Below are positions 36,171 to 50,134 of a stretch of DNA of 64,000 nt, in pieces; the first letter of the stretch is position 1; every line of letters begins with the position of its first letter. A program made the translations under genes and the position numbers. The DNA is from Mobula hypostoma. Taxonomy: Eukaryota. Location: NCBI RefSeq assembly GCF_963921235.1, contig NC_086106.1:20894001-20958000 (forward strand). The letters run 5' to 3'. The notes under the pieces are model-generated. The model made no database searches. It was not told the DNA's origin and saw only the letters and a list, made by a program, of their open reading frames with translations.

Positions 36171-39100
36171 ATTTGACCTGTTTGGGAAGGGTAACACTAC
36201 TAAGAGCCAAACCACAATGTCGTTACTTCAGCCAATATAGTTCTCCGGATCATTGAGGCAGGCAAGACCCAAAACCCTACCACAAGTTTGTCTTCCTTTT
36301 GGACGAAGAATAATGTTCAACATTTGATTCATGAAATGTTGCGGTTGATACTTCAGCTGGACATAAAAAGTTTGAAAAGTAGTTTCCAGGTCAAGAAAGC
36401 ATTGTGTGCGCTTTAAACGAACCGAGTACTTTCGATCTCAGTACAAGAATATACAATTTGTCCCAATGACCCGCAAACTAATTCCTACTTTTAGTTAGGG
36501 TGGGTTATTCATGCTGACTATCGCTGACCACTTGCCACCATTATTACCACAATAAACGTACAATGGAGAGTTGGGGGGGGGGGGGGGGCGGTGTGGAGGA
36601 TGATCAGTGATATGACACGAAATCTTTCAGTGCGCAGAGGATACCTTGCAAGAGAATCGGAGAATTGTGCAGCACAGAAACCGAATTTTTCGGCAGCGAA
36701 AGATGGCCAGACATATTAAGACACTTCTCTCTATTTGACACTATCACCCTCTGTGTTTCCTCTTCTATCACCTACCCGAATGTTAATTGAACATCATATT
36801 GTACCAGCTGCACCACCTTTTCCGGAAACCCTTTGCAGAAAACCGCAGCCCAGTGTGGGGGATAATATAACTTAAATTTTCTTTAATCACTCCCTAAGAA
36901 CCATGCATTTTTGCCACTGGTTCTTACGTTCCAAGCCAAGGAAAAAAGGCTGCAAACCTAACTATACAGCTCAGAAATGTGCAAACTCTTCCAACGTTAG
37001 AGTCTGCCTTCATTGTTACAGTGAACATAAATACAGTATATTTAACAACTCCATGTAACTAAAGCCACCCATTTTAGGAAACAGGTGAAACCTGTTCTCC
37101 ACTCCATGCAACGCAGAATCATTCACCATCCATTTGATATCTCTGGATCCATGATAACTGCACACTCATGATCGCCTGAGCGCGAACTTCTGAATAACCC
37201 CCTGTAAGTACAAACACATCCAAATATCAGCTGTATGTGTCATGCTTTCGTGACACAACATGATTCTCAACATTGGTACCAATAAAGCGACAACTAAATG
37301 GTTGTATTAGCATCATGCTATCCGCACACTCTTGTGATTTTGAAAACTTACACCATTTGGCCACCAAAGCATGACCGTTGATTCCACCCATTCTGACATG
37401 CGGTGCGCCCGCTTAAATTGGCTGTACTATTAAATATGTTGATTTCGGCCGGTAAGCTTATAAAAATGGAATAATAGCTCTTGAGCATGCCCGCTTCCTC
37501 GGGAACAGTCGTTTTTTTTTTCCCCCGTATAGGTTGAAATTAGGTAATATGTGAGGAAATATACCATTTCCCCAAGTACAACATGAGGCGACGTTGAATC
37601 CGCGAATTCTTGCGAGCCATCAGTCCCTCTCTTCTGTGATCTTATTATATTCTCCACGCAATCCCTTCAACTTATTATAAATGTTAACGCCCACGTTGGT
37701 AATTAAAAACGATCAATTGAACTACTCCTGGAAGAAAATGGTAGATTGAGGAACACGAGGTCACCCGCCGGTACCCCAGGAGGTTTCCAACTGAACTGAG
37801 AAAACTGTAAACACAGACAACACCCGAGGTCATGAACGAAAGCTGCTTGTTAGAGCTCTGGGATAACCATGTTACAAGCTGCACTATTCGGCGGTCTAAA
37901 TAATTTTATTCTCGAGATAAGTACTCAGAGGATCAGCGAAAGTTTATAGCACTGATCGAATCCAATTGCCTGAACAGGTACCGAGAAAAAGAAAATGTAT
38001 CTTTCCCTACTGATGGATATAGTCCTTATGGAGTGTGCTCCATTAGGATTGATCAGTTAGGAATTATGCAGTGGAGGACGTGCCTTTTAAAAGAAAATAC
38101 GTTTTAGAATTATGACACAGATCTGTGGTGTGAGTGTACTATAATAAATCCGACACGATCATTGTTGGTAGACTGATCCGTAAGATCCATTGAAACTTGA
38201 TAGATTCGATGTAAAGATGGTTTGAGTATGGAAGGAAGAGTACAGTGATTAGGTTTGCAAACAATACAAGTATTGCGCAGTTTTGAATAAAGAAGGCGGT
38301 GTCAAATGGACTCAATTGGACGTAGACCACTTGGACCGAGAACTTAGAGACGATATTTTAATCGGGACAAGCGAAGGGCTTTGCACTTGTGACGGCAACT
38401 GCAAGACTGAAGTCTATCATAAGGGTCAGCCACATTGGCACCGTTGAGGTGCTGAGTGTCTGTCCCTGACCATCTTCATAATTGCATCCCATGTGTGGTC
38501 CGGGCCCTGATTTCTGCCTCATATTTGAGGACAGCTACACCTGACATGCTCCCATCTTAGTCTTGATCATGGCGCTGTTCATGGCTTACTTCAAGGTTCC
38601 CGCAGCTGTCTCTCGAATCTCAATATTGTCAGACATTCAAATCCTAGGTGGAGGCTCCGAAATCCCATCGTAGACAGATATACAGTTCAATGACTCTTCA
38701 TTGCTGTTTCTTTTTTTTTGATCAGACAGGGATCTTAGCCCTACGCAGAGCCCCCGAGGCTAGAGGACTATTCTTAATCTGGCCTCTTTCGTTTGAGCTC
38801 TCTGGAATGTATGACCCTACTAAGAATTAGAACACAATGTCCTGACTCTACTTATCATCGATCTCCGAGACTTGAGAGCAAGGAAGCCTCCAAACCGTAC
38901 GACAATATTGTTGCCCTTTTGGAGGAAACAAATCATGTTTCCCATTTTGCTTCCTTCATGGTGGAGTTGATGTGCCAGGTCGGTATAAACGGTTTGGGAA
39001 ATTCTCCGGTATCTATCTAATTATTGATCCCTCAACCAGTACCACTGGATGCCTAATGTATTTATACGCCGTTGCTGTATCAGAAAGGTTTCTTTATGCA

Positions 39101-40380
39101 ATTTCGGACCATTTTACCTGCATGACAACAGTGAGTAAACTTCAAAAAGTTCTACATTTTTTGCAGAAACCGTTCTGCTTTGTCCTAAAGACATAAACCT
39201 GCTGGCTGACTGACGTAAAGCACTTTCTGAGAGGAGAGATTTGGTTTGATTAGTAATTATGTCAAAGCAGTTTTTATTTGCGTGAGGAACAATATTTACT
39301 GCACGCAGTACTGCCATCATTAGGGTAGCTAAAGCCAATCGCCCACCATACTGATCAGCGCATTGGATGCCCACCACCGTGAGTTTGCTTTCAATATCGA
39401 CCGGTTGTCTCCAAACTTACCTAGGGCAAAATATTCTTCCAGTAACCACGGCTTATCCTGCTCTTTGAATTCAGCTCCTGAGCTGCATGCAACAGCCGCC
39501 CTGTTCCTTTCACCGTCCGCAGTAGGTCAAAGAGTTATTTATCCCTGGGTTCAGTAGATGTGTCCAGGGTTTGGTGTTAAATTGATCGCTTATGTCTCCT
39601 ATCAAAAACATATCACATCAATCTATATTCCACCCATTTCCTCCCGGGGTTTGTGTTTAATATTGATTCTTCTGGTATGGGTACAGACAAACGATGTGTA
39701 CTCATTCTTTTTTGTTGCTAAGTGCGTTTTTCTACAGAGACCGGTGTCCCTCAAACACTTCCCTCAGGGGTATATCTGGTCATTACCTTTTTTTTGTTAG
39801 TCCCTGTCTCTCTGCCGGATACCTGGCCACATATTAGAGTGTTTCTGTTCTCGACTCTCAGTAGATATCTGTCCACTGACTGGTGTCGTTCAGCCCCTGT
39901 CTCACAGTGGGATATTTGTCCACTGACAGTTGTCTCCAATTTCCTCTCTCAGAGGATGACATTTGTCTACTGACTTATGGTCTTTTAGTTTCTGTGTCTC
40001 ACGGGAATACCTGTACACATACTGGCGTCGGTCATTCGTTCCTCCTGGAATTCACTGTGTTTCTGTTTACACGTTCTGTTGCACGCAGGAATTGATAAAT
40101 TGGATAAAGCGTGAAAGATCTTCAGTTTGGATCTGGTTTTGAGCTGACCTGCCTCCTGTATAGGGACGAGCAGCTTCTGGAGATTTGAAATCTCTGTTGG
40201 GGTTGTGAAGAGGAAGCTATGCCTCTGATTTCAGTGTGTGACAGCCTGTTCAAGCTGCGATGCCTTCATTCACTCAGAGCCAGTGTCTCTTTTGAAACAA
40301 TTTCACTGCGTCTCCCGACAAAGCCGGCCTGAACTGAAGCGCCAATTTCAAAGGTGTCAAGCTTGTCAGTGCTCAGAGAG

Positions 40381-41216
40381 ATGAATGTTATTTCCTATCT
40401 CTGCCTAATCATGTCCTGCATGGCAGGTAGGGATAACGCGGCTTGTCGCCTACCCGGCGTCACGGTCTTGATCGGTTATTCCCTGGGTCCGTGGAAATTT
40501 ACTTTGTGGCACGATCAGAACCGTTCATTCCTTGTTTTCCTTAATTCATTGCTTCCCCGTGTTTCTTGGACTCTGTAATTAACGGCACTTGCGTCTCAGA
40601 TGAACGAGTAGTATTTAGTCTCGGGCTTATAGCTACTAGGGGCTAGATCGGCATCATACGTTACCGAAGCAAATGCGAGGAAGTCACCCTGCCGGAACAA
40701 ACCGAGTTAAAATGCTAGAGCTACTCAAGTCTTTTCCCCGATGAGTTCGGAGTTCGGATTTCAGAGATCAGAGTTCGGAGTTCGGAGTTTGGAGTTCCGC
40801 TTATTCCCGCTTCTGCTTTACACACTGCTTGATTTCCCTCTGAACATTTTTTTTCCTGTTTTGTTATCTAATGTCCGTGGAACATTTTATTAATCTCTGC
40901 TCTTTGTTTTATTTACAGACCTGCGATCCGACATTGTGTTGACACAGCCCGAGTCAGCAGTCGTAAATCCCGGACAGTCTCACAGACTTGTGTGTGCATT
41001 CAGTGGGTTCAGCCTCAGCAGCTATGACATGCATTGGATGAAACAGGTCTCCGGGAAAGGGATGGACTGGGTGGCGGTTTAACGGGTTAGCGCTTGTAAG
41101 ACGTACGCGCCCGGAGTCCAAGGCCGATTTAAGGTTTCCAAGGACAGCAGCTTCATTTAACTACAAATGAACAACCTGTGTCTGGATGACTCTGCCACCT
41201 ATTATTGTGCAAGAGA
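40381..41216 (+). pseudogene. IGHV: IgW-like VH pseudogene V1' (leader 40381-40426, V exon 40919-41216)
   Basis: Same structure as V1. TAA at 41080-41082 (shared with V1) and a second TAA at 41158-41160. YYCAR intact. The 492-nt intron carries the same insertion. Confidence 0.92.
40743..40798 (+). repeat. 7-bp tandem array x8 in the V1' intron insertion
   Basis: Paralog of 1598-1653. Confidence 0.9.
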
Positions 41217-41254
41217 CACAGTGAGAAAGATCGCGACTGACCAGAACAAAAATA
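41217..41254 (+). other. RSS of V1' (22-nt spacer)
   Basis: CACAGTG + 22 nt + ACAAAAATA. Confidence 0.9.
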
Positions 41255-41591
41255 CCCAGCGAGAGGGCCACCCATCAGGGCAGTGATCGCCAAAATTGAA
41301 TTCCAGTTTTTCTGGGCACGTTCAGTCGCCCATGCATTGGAAAGTGAATGTCAACGGGAAATCCTGAGAAGGGATGATGGTTAGATGTACCGAGTAGATC
41401 ATCCGATCCCGTCGGATAGTAGCTCCGAGCCAAGCGCCGTGAATGGAAGTTGTGTCACTGGTCTAACTGGTCAAAGTGTGGGGCTTTGGTATACACGTGA
41501 GAGTAAATGATAAGGCTATGAGAAGCATTGATGATCATGGATAATTTAGTTTGGTTTAACTGCTGTGCTGGGAGAGAGTGAAAGAGGCATT

Positions 41592-41643
41592 GGTTTTCGT
41601 ATGTCGGCACATCACAGTCGGTACTATACTGGATGGCACTGTG
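41592..41643 (+). other. D-like segment (coding 41620-41636, GGTACTATACTGGATGG)
   Basis: GGTTTTCGT + 12 nt + CACAGTC + 17 nt + CACTGTG. Confidence 0.75.
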
Positions 41644-44600
41644 CAAAAGATGACCCTCTCTCCATGCGCATATCTACCACAACATAACTCTGTAAATTGG
41701 GCTCGTCGAAACTTGCACCAAATTTACCATGGAAGGAAAGGATGTTAATTAGACCCCGAGAGGATAATCTGGGAGTGGGTCTAGGTTCCACTGGAGATGT
41801 GTTTGGAAGGGAACGAAATACAGAGGAGGAGCTTTCAGTGGAAGCCCAGTGAAAAGTCCCGTTGGTTTGTATCCTTTCGACTTCGGACCTGGCTGAACGA
41901 GATTAAAACCCACAGTGTGAGACACCCGTAAAGAGAAGGAAGGTTTATGAGACCGCTGACCGGTTTTGTGCTCCTCAGGACTTCGGGTTGGATGTGATAA
42001 AGGCCCTTTGTGACTTGTGGTGAATAATCGTGTTATGGACCATGGCGGTGGGGTCTGACCAGAAACTACTCCCGAAAAATGAATTTCTGCGGGGCAGTCT
42101 GCATCCCTGATTTCCCACTGCTGCCTGCGAGAGTCATCTCACTAAGGCCCGATTTCTGATTACAAAGGGAAAAAATCTATTTCTGAGCGAGAAATTCCCG
42201 AAAGGGTTCCTCTTTGTTTCTAAGGGGTTGGCGGGAGCACAAATCAGTAGACTGAAATCTCTGAAATGACATGAAGAGCCAAGCTCGGAGACTGGGATGG
42301 AAATCCAGGAAGTGGCACCTCCAGATCTGAACAGGTTCATGTTGACCGATGCAGAGATAGTTGGATATTACAGGCAACCGTAGCGCCCCGATTAGTGCTA
42401 TGCTATAAGTATTTCCTTTAGTAGCTTGGAAAGAACAGTCTGTTCTGCTTTTAGCATGTTTTGCTGTGAGTTAAATGTATGGAGTTTTATTGTTTAACGT
42501 AGGAGTGTTGTGTCAGCCAATCAGGATGTTGGAACTGTGTGAATGTTTAGAGAAAATGAGCAGAGAGTTTTCCCTGACGGACACTCTGTGGGTCGTGGTC
42601 TTTTTGATGGGAGCTGGAAGGGGAGAGCAAAGGGAAGAGAGATGATAATATTATCGCTTTTGCACGGGTGTTTGGTGCAAAAGAATGGCCTAAAGCAGGA
42701 AGGACTTATACTCTCGCGGGAGAGTCCCTTTGCTCGAGGTGGATATCGAGCGACATTCGGATGGTGGTGTGTGCCTTCACGCAGAACGTGAGTCCAGCTT
42801 GGCAGTGAAAAGGAAATTCAAGATGAGCTTCAATTTAGAAAAAAAAAACAATCGAGGACTATGTGTAACCCAAAGCAATTTGTAAAGTAAGTTCATGTTC
42901 GGCACAACAGTGTGGGCTGTAGTACATTCATTGTGTTGTAGCTTTTCTATGTTTCTACGTTTTTTTATGCTTATGTGCAGATCTGGACTGGGTGCAATGT
43001 AATGGAACTTTTAATTTTTTTGTTTGTTTTTTTTTTCTTTTTCCTACTTACTGTTCAAGGCACTAACGAGCCACATCTCCAGAGACGCCCAGCTGAAAAA
43101 TTGTGTCACAAGCGAAGCTATTGCTTTTGGTGAGTGGCCACACTGAGCAGTGCGACTATCTTGCCTGCTGGCGCAAATAAACTCGGCGACAGTGACATCC
43201 GCATTACATTGTCACTCATTTGTAGGTTTGACGAATTCAGTGATTCGCCTGACACAGCATGTACACGAACGTCCCTGAAAAGGCGGGTTTATCTAAAAAC
43301 TAGAATATACCCAATAATAGTGTAAGGTCCGGTTCTCCATGACACTAGTGAACCGTCCACAGACCGGGAACAGGCAGCAGTCGAATATGATCCGATCTCG
43401 TCAATAGACGGTGTTTTGTCCGCAACCGATTGTGCTCAGCTTACTGTTCATTCATGCCTGAGTTTCGATACTCAGCAGCAAATGAAACCATAATCAGGGG
43501 CTGGACATTTCAGTGCAGTTGAGCTAGTTCCTGCCAGTCATAACAAAGAATTTGTTCCGTGCCAAATTTTTGGAATTAAGTTTTCCTGCGTGTTGACTTC
43601 ACATTAAATGTAAAAGAATTAAGACAAAATCTGGAGGAAATGCTGCTGGCTAAATATCTCCTCCGTACAGGTGGGTGTTAGTTCCATCATACAGTGTTCA
43701 GCGTGTGTTCTGTCGCAGGATACAGCAAAAGATATGCCAGGATTAAAAAAATAGGATTACGGTATTAGTTTCATTACCTGATTGGTGAGGATGTTCTGTA
43801 CGGTACGATTTTCGAGATAAAGTATCTGTGGGGATGTCTGGCAGGAAAATAAATGCGGGAATTAAGGCATCTTTCCTTCATATATTACAGGTATCCTTGA
43901 TTTTGTAGATGGGGAAAGAGAGGTAGTGCAGGTGCTGTGGGCAAGGAGGTTTTCAAGTCAATAATGTGTCATGGGCGCATTTAAGGGAACGCTTTTGATA
44001 AACGGTTGTGATCCGAAACACACTGCCTGAATGATCATGTGTTCCAATATTGAATTTAGGGGGGCAATAGGAGGAGATCCACCTCTTGTAACGATACAGG
44101 GAAGAGTAGATAGACTAATGGGATTATGGGATGTGTTCAGCTAAAGCGCAGAGGATTTCGGATGAATAGCCCCCCTGTCTGCTCAGTTGCTTTCGATGGA
44201 ACTGGTATTTATCATGTAAAAGTTTCTGAAGAGTTTCTGTCAAGTACCATAGATTATGGAGAACATGATTTAAATGCTGTTTACAGCTTACATGCAGTGT
44301 CCTGGCAGCCACGGATTAGTTACAAATTTCCTTATGCACTGTCCACTTTCAGCCAGGGCAGGGGCAACAGGGATTAGACACAGAGTGAAGTTTCGCCTAA
44401 CCTACCCATCATACACGCAAACGAGAAATTAGTTGAAATTTACAGTTCAAACTAACTGTTTGTCGTCACTTCACAGACAGAGGAAACACAATAATGTCTT
44501 GTCCTACTCCGTCCTCGACTTGGTTTGTTGAACAAGTGTTTTCCTAAATTGACCAGTGTTACTGATGTAACCCCATGAAAAAAGTTTTCACTGCTAACGA

Positions 44601-45224
44601 AATTGTCTTTCTGTTGAGAAGCGATCGTATAATTCAACCCGGAGGGGGACCGGTATTCGATGAAGGAACGTGTCGGTGTCTACTGACGATCGGTGAATAT
44701 ATATGGCTTTCGAAAGGGTTAACCTCCAACTTGTGCACATATGGATGTTTCATTGTAATAGGCACTTTGATGTACTTTTTAAATTTCTTTTCTTTACTAT
44801 CCTTTCATTTAAATTAAGATTCACAAAAAAATATAATAATTCATTTAATCATATGCAGTGTGCTGTCTTTTATTTCTTGGCATTGAGTTGCAAGAGGGTA
44901 GCACATAATAAGTCGTCCACACGAACCGAGGTCTGGAGTAAGAGAGCCGTCTCAATCAGGGGGGTTTGGTTGTACCGGAGTGTGTATTCCCTGGATTTAC
45001 GTAGCCCAAGGAAAGCGAGTATGGGAGGGAGGGTTTCGCTGGGGATTCAGCAAAAGTCATTGTGAGATGCAGTGCTGCCGGGGGCTTCAGAGGCAATGAC
45101 GTGATTATAAAGGATAGACCTATTATCGAGTAGAGAATGTGGAGACATTCTTCAGATAACAAAAATCACAAACTTCAAGGAAATTGGAAGGTGGAGCTTA
45201 GGATGGTTAATGGCGCCTAAAGGG

Positions 45225-45700
45225 GAGTCCATTTGCTCGCATCTTCCGAAACACCTCTATTTCCATATTTAATATCTCTATTTTTTCTCTTTCAGCGTTC
45301 TTTGGAAGGCAGTGACCTGGAGTTACACGCTGATTACGGTTCTTTTCTGGGAATGGGTCACCTCTCGGTGTTTCATAACTGACTGTTGTTCGGCAAGCCA
45401 AGGGCTCGGCCTAAGAAATCCACTGGGCTTCGGAGGACCGAATTTTCATGGTTCTGAGGTCCACAATATCGGAGGTCGCTGTCCGAGAAGAAGACTGGTG
45501 TTTCGTTGGAGATGGGTGATCTAAGGCTGTGTGAGCAGAGACTCGAGTATTTTGGGCACAGACCTCGAAAAATGCGAACGAAACGGATTCTCAACATCGT
45601 AACCCAGCGAGCTGTTTGTTATATCTCCACTCTCGCTGTGAAAGGGAGACATCTCTTCCTCCCTTATTAGGCTGACAGAGAGCCTATGGTATGTCTGTAG
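45225..45700 (-). mobile_element. Degenerate L1-like ORF1 remnant (paralog of 6080-6560)
   Basis: Collinear duplicate. Confidence 0.35.
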
Positions 45701-46849
45701 CCGGGTGATTAACGTCGTATTGTAACGTACGGCAAGTCTCGGTCTTTCAGTTCCCTTGCTCACGCTTTACTGCTCGGTGGCGGGTGCCGATGCTTTTTTT
45801 GCTGGGGTTGGGAGGGGATATGGTTACTTGCTGCCGCTTACTCGTCGGAGGGAGGGAACCGGGGGGGGGGCGGTGGATGTTGGGGTTCTACCATTTAACT
45901 GTCGCTCATTCTTTGGGGGCACTCCTCTCTTTACTTGAAGGGCTGTGAATAAAAAGCATTTCAAGATGTAAACTCTATACATTTCTCTGACATTAAATAT
46001 ACCTTTGAAAGGTTTTTTTTTCAAATAACGATTCTGCACTCTGTTCTGGTGATTTCACTCAAGGAGAAATATTATCGAGTACACCGTGACCACAGTGACA
46101 CAATGGACAAACACAAGGTCGGATTCAGGGAGAGTGAGAAATGGTCTGTAGACAAAACAGATGAGTAGTGCCGAGAGATGGACGTACAGTCCAAGGATAA
46201 CACAACAACAAAGTTGTCAAATTTAAACTCAGTTAATAATGATCTGTAGCAGATTTGGATCTGCTGTCGATTCCCAACATCGTAACAATATGTATTTTTA
46301 TTCCAGTTATTAGTAATGACGACCTTCAGTTTTACTGGTAGCTCAAGGAACGAGATCTCTAATTTTTCCTATCCCAGTCTGTTATGACTCCTGACTCTTC
46401 AATGTGTTTATCTCCAACTGTCCTCTGAATGACAGCTCAGATGTCTATCTTATTCTTACTACTGGCAATGCCGAGATCCCAAGAGGTACATAAAATTGTC
46501 CATCTCATTTTCATACTATCCGATATTCTGTCTACTTACTACAATACGGACAAAAGCCAGACAGAGACTTCCTGATCTGCTGGTTCACCATCTATCATTT
46601 TGTGCAACTATTCAAGTTATTTAATTGCACGTTGCTTCTGAGTTAGCACAGCCAACTGCTGTCTCCCTCTCTACCTCTACACCAATAGGCTGCTGAACCA
46701 CCCATCGCCATTTACCTCCTTCACTCCACCATCCTGTTGAACATGAATTAAATTTGAATTGACTTTATTACTTACAAACGTCACATACATCGGGAGTAAA
46801 ACTATTTACGTTATGTCTCTGCCTAGATGCGCATTGTGCAATTTAGAGT

Positions 46850-47135
46850 AATTTGTAATAGATAGTATGTGCAACAGAACAGTCAATATAGCATAGAAGT
46901 AGAATTCTGCAGCGTGAGTTAATCAATCCGATGACCTGATGGAAGAAGCTGTCCCGGAGCCTTGGTGCTGTTTTTTTTTTCTTTTCTGCTGTGGTACCGT
47001 TTTCCGTTCAGTAGTAACTGGTACAATTTGTGGTGGATGTGACTTGGATCTACAGTAATCTTTCGGACCATTTTTACCCTCTTTTCTCTGTAAATGACCT
47101 AAATATTGGGAAATTAATATACACAGATCCCACGG
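46850..47135 (-). mobile_element. Rex1/Babar-type 3' fragment (paralog of 7700-7985)
   Basis: Collinear duplicate. Confidence 0.5.
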
Positions 47136-49239
47136 TGCGGAGTTAACAACCAGACGAAACAATAAAACAAACGGTATTATCCCACACGCATAGTTGTGGA
47201 TATCTGCACAAAGCTAATAAATTAGTCGGTGAAGCATTACTAGCTGAGGCGTAACGTGAATAATCAGCACTTCCCGCTGTCTCAGTACGTTTAGAGTTCC
47301 GGTAATGGTGGCAATCCTGGCTGATCCGGCACTTATTCCTTCTCTGCATTTAATAGTTGGTAGATTATTTCATTGAAGTTCGTTTGTCCGTGTTCGTAAT
47401 TTCTCACCTTACAGATTCACTCAATGATTAGAAAACATTTGTTTAACATCATATTGCCAATTTTAAACTTGTTTATCCACTCCCCTCCCACCCATTTGTT
47501 CCACAAAGTTTATTTTTATCTCGTTCACTCTAGTGACGAGATCGGACCATATTCCGCCGCAGCCGGATCCCGGTCTGTGGACAGTTCACTAGTGTCATGG
47601 AATACGTAACCTTAACTGTTATTGGGTATATTCTAGCTCTTAGAGAAATCCGCCGTTTGAGGGAGATTCATATACTTGCGAATCACTAAATTCGTCAAAA
47701 CAGTAAATTCGTAAACTACAAATGAGTGACAATGGAATTCGGAAGTCCCTGTCACCGGGTTTTTTGGCGGCAGTAAGCAAGATAGTCGTACTGCTCAGTG
47801 TCGCCACTCACCAAAAGTAATAATTTCGCTTCTGACACCACATTTTACTGGGCGTATCTCAAAATGCGGCTCGTTAGTCCCTCAAACAGAACAGGAAAAA
47901 GAAATAAAAAATAAAAAAAAAGTTCCACTACATTTAACTCAGTCCAAATCTGCACATAAACATAGAAAACACAGAAGCTTACAAAAGATACAACATAATA
48001 AATGCACTTGGGTCCACATTCCTGTGCCGAACATGTAATTAATTTAGAAACTAGGGTTACACATAGCCCTCATTTTTTTTTCTATATTGAAACTCATCTT
48101 GAAGTTTTCTTCAACTGCCACACTGAACTCATGGTCTCCGTGAGGGTACATACCACAATCCGAATGTTGCTCGAAATCCGCCTCGAACAAAGAAACTCTC
48201 CCACGGGAGTATAAGTTCTTCCTCCTTGAAGCCATTCTTTTGCACCAAATACCTGTGAAGAAGGGATGGTATCATCATCTCTCTTTCCTCCTGTCTTCTT
48301 CCAGCTCCATCAAAAAGGCATCGGCCCACGTCAGTGTCCGTCAGGGAAACCTCTCCGCTTATGTTCACCACAACCTTCTCACAGTTCCACCATCCTGATT
48401 GGCTTACATAACACTCCTAGGTTGAATAACAAAGCATCATACCTTTAACTTTCAGCCAAATATGCTAAAAGCAGAACAGAATGTTCTTGGAAAACTACTG
48501 AAAGAAATACCTGCAGCATAGCACTAATTGGGGGGTTAAGGTTGCCTGCAATATCCAATTATCTCTGTGTCGGTCATCATGAAACTGTTCGGACCTGGAG
48601 CTGTCACTTACTGGATTTCCATGCCAATCTCCGAGCTTGGCTGTTCATATCGTTTCAGAGATTTCCGTCTCTGGTCATATGACCCCGCCAACCCCGAGAA
48701 ACAAAGCAGAATCCTTTCGGGAATATCTCGCTGAATTTCTCCCATAGTAATCCGAATCAGGTCTTAGGGAGATGACTCTGGGAAGCAGCATTGGGAATTC
48801 AGGGATGCAGACTGCCCCGCAGGCGTTCATTTCTCGGGAGTAGTTTCTGGTCAACTCCCCACTGCCGTAGTCCATAACATGATTCTTCACCGCAAGTCAC
48901 AAACGATCTTCATCATATCCACCCCGAAGTCCAGTACATCACAGAGCCGGTCAGCGGCCTCATAAACCTTCCGTCACTCTGTGGCTGTCTCATGCTGTGG
49001 TTCTCAATCTCGGCCATCCCAGTCCCGAAGTCGAAAGGAGACAAACCAACGTGATTTTTTTCACTAGGCTTCCACTGACAGCTGCTCCTCGGTATTTCGT
49101 TCCAAACACATCTCCAGTTCAAATTAGACCGACTCCCATATTATCCTCTCGGGATATGATTTACATTCATGGATTCCAGGGTAAAGTTGGGGAACCATTC
49201 GAAGATTCAAATTTACAGAGGGAGGAGGGCTATCTCTTG

Positions 49240-49291
49240 CACTGTGCCACCCTGTATAGTAGCGACTATGATGTACCGACATACGAAAACC
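49240..49291 (-). other. D-like segment of the V2' cassette (coding 49247-49263)
   Basis: Same as 10092-10143: GGTTTTCGT + 12 nt + CATAGTC + GCTACTATACAGGGTGG + CACAGTG. Confidence 0.75.
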
Positions 49292-49642
49292 AATGCCCCT
49301 CTGACTATCTACCAGCACAGTTACTCCGCAGTCAAACCGAACTAGAGTACTAAATTATCCGTGATCATCAATTTTCTCATAGCCTGATCATTTACTGTCA
49401 CGTGTAAATCAAAGTCCGACACTTTGACTAATTAGACCAGTGATCCAACATCCATGGACGGCTTTTGTCTCGGAGCTGCTATCCGACGTGATCCGGTGAA
49501 CTATTCTGTCTATCTATCCATCATCCCTTCTCAGGATTTCCCGTTAACAATCCAACTTCCATTGCATGGACGACGGAACGTGCCCAGAAAGACTGAAATA
49601 CAAACTTAGCGATCACTGCCCTGATGGATGGCGCTGTCTCTG

Positions 49643-49681
49643 TGTTATTGTTCCGGTCCAGTCGCGATTTCTCTCACTGTG
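49643..49681 (-). other. 23-RSS of V2'
   Basis: CACAGTG + 23 nt + ACAATAACA. Confidence 0.9.
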
Positions 49682-50134
49682 TCACTTGTACAGTAATAGG
49701 TGGCAGTGTCATCCAGCCGCAGGTTGTTCATTTGCAGATAAACGGAGCTGATGTCCTCGAAAACTTTAAATCGGCCTTGGACTCCGGGCGCGTATGTTTT
49801 GCTAACACTAGCCCGTAAAACCGCCAACCATACGAGCCCGTTCCCGGAGACCTGTTTCATCCAATGCATGTCATAGCTGCCGAGGCTGAACCCACTGAAT
49901 GCACGCGCAAGTCTGTGAGACTGTGCGGGATTTACCACCGCTGACTCGGGCTGTGTCAGCACAATGTCGGATCTCACGCCTGCAAATTGAAAAGAGCAGA
50001 CGTTAATAAAATGTTACACGGACATCGGATAAGAAAGTCTCAGAGAAATACTCGGACCCGGTTGGGCGACGTGCCGCGTTATACCCACCTGCCATGTAAG
50101 ACAGGATTAGACAGAGGTAGGAAATAACATTCAT
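49682..50134 (-). pseudogene. IGHV: IgW-like VH V2' with open frame but Cys23->Arg (leader 50089-50134, V exon 49682-49979)
   Basis: HRLARAFSG vs HRLTCAFSG in V2. Loss of the canonical intradomain disulfide predicts a non-folding domain. Splice sites and RSS intact. Confidence 0.85.

Larger units (their letters stand above)
31998..43408 (+). repeat. Forward arm of the inverted duplication, copy B (includes a nested young CR1)
   Basis: Reverse-complement homolog of 47529-58390. The outer end lies inside an old CR1 (32010-32210 matches the rc of ~18760-18960). Confidence 0.85.
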
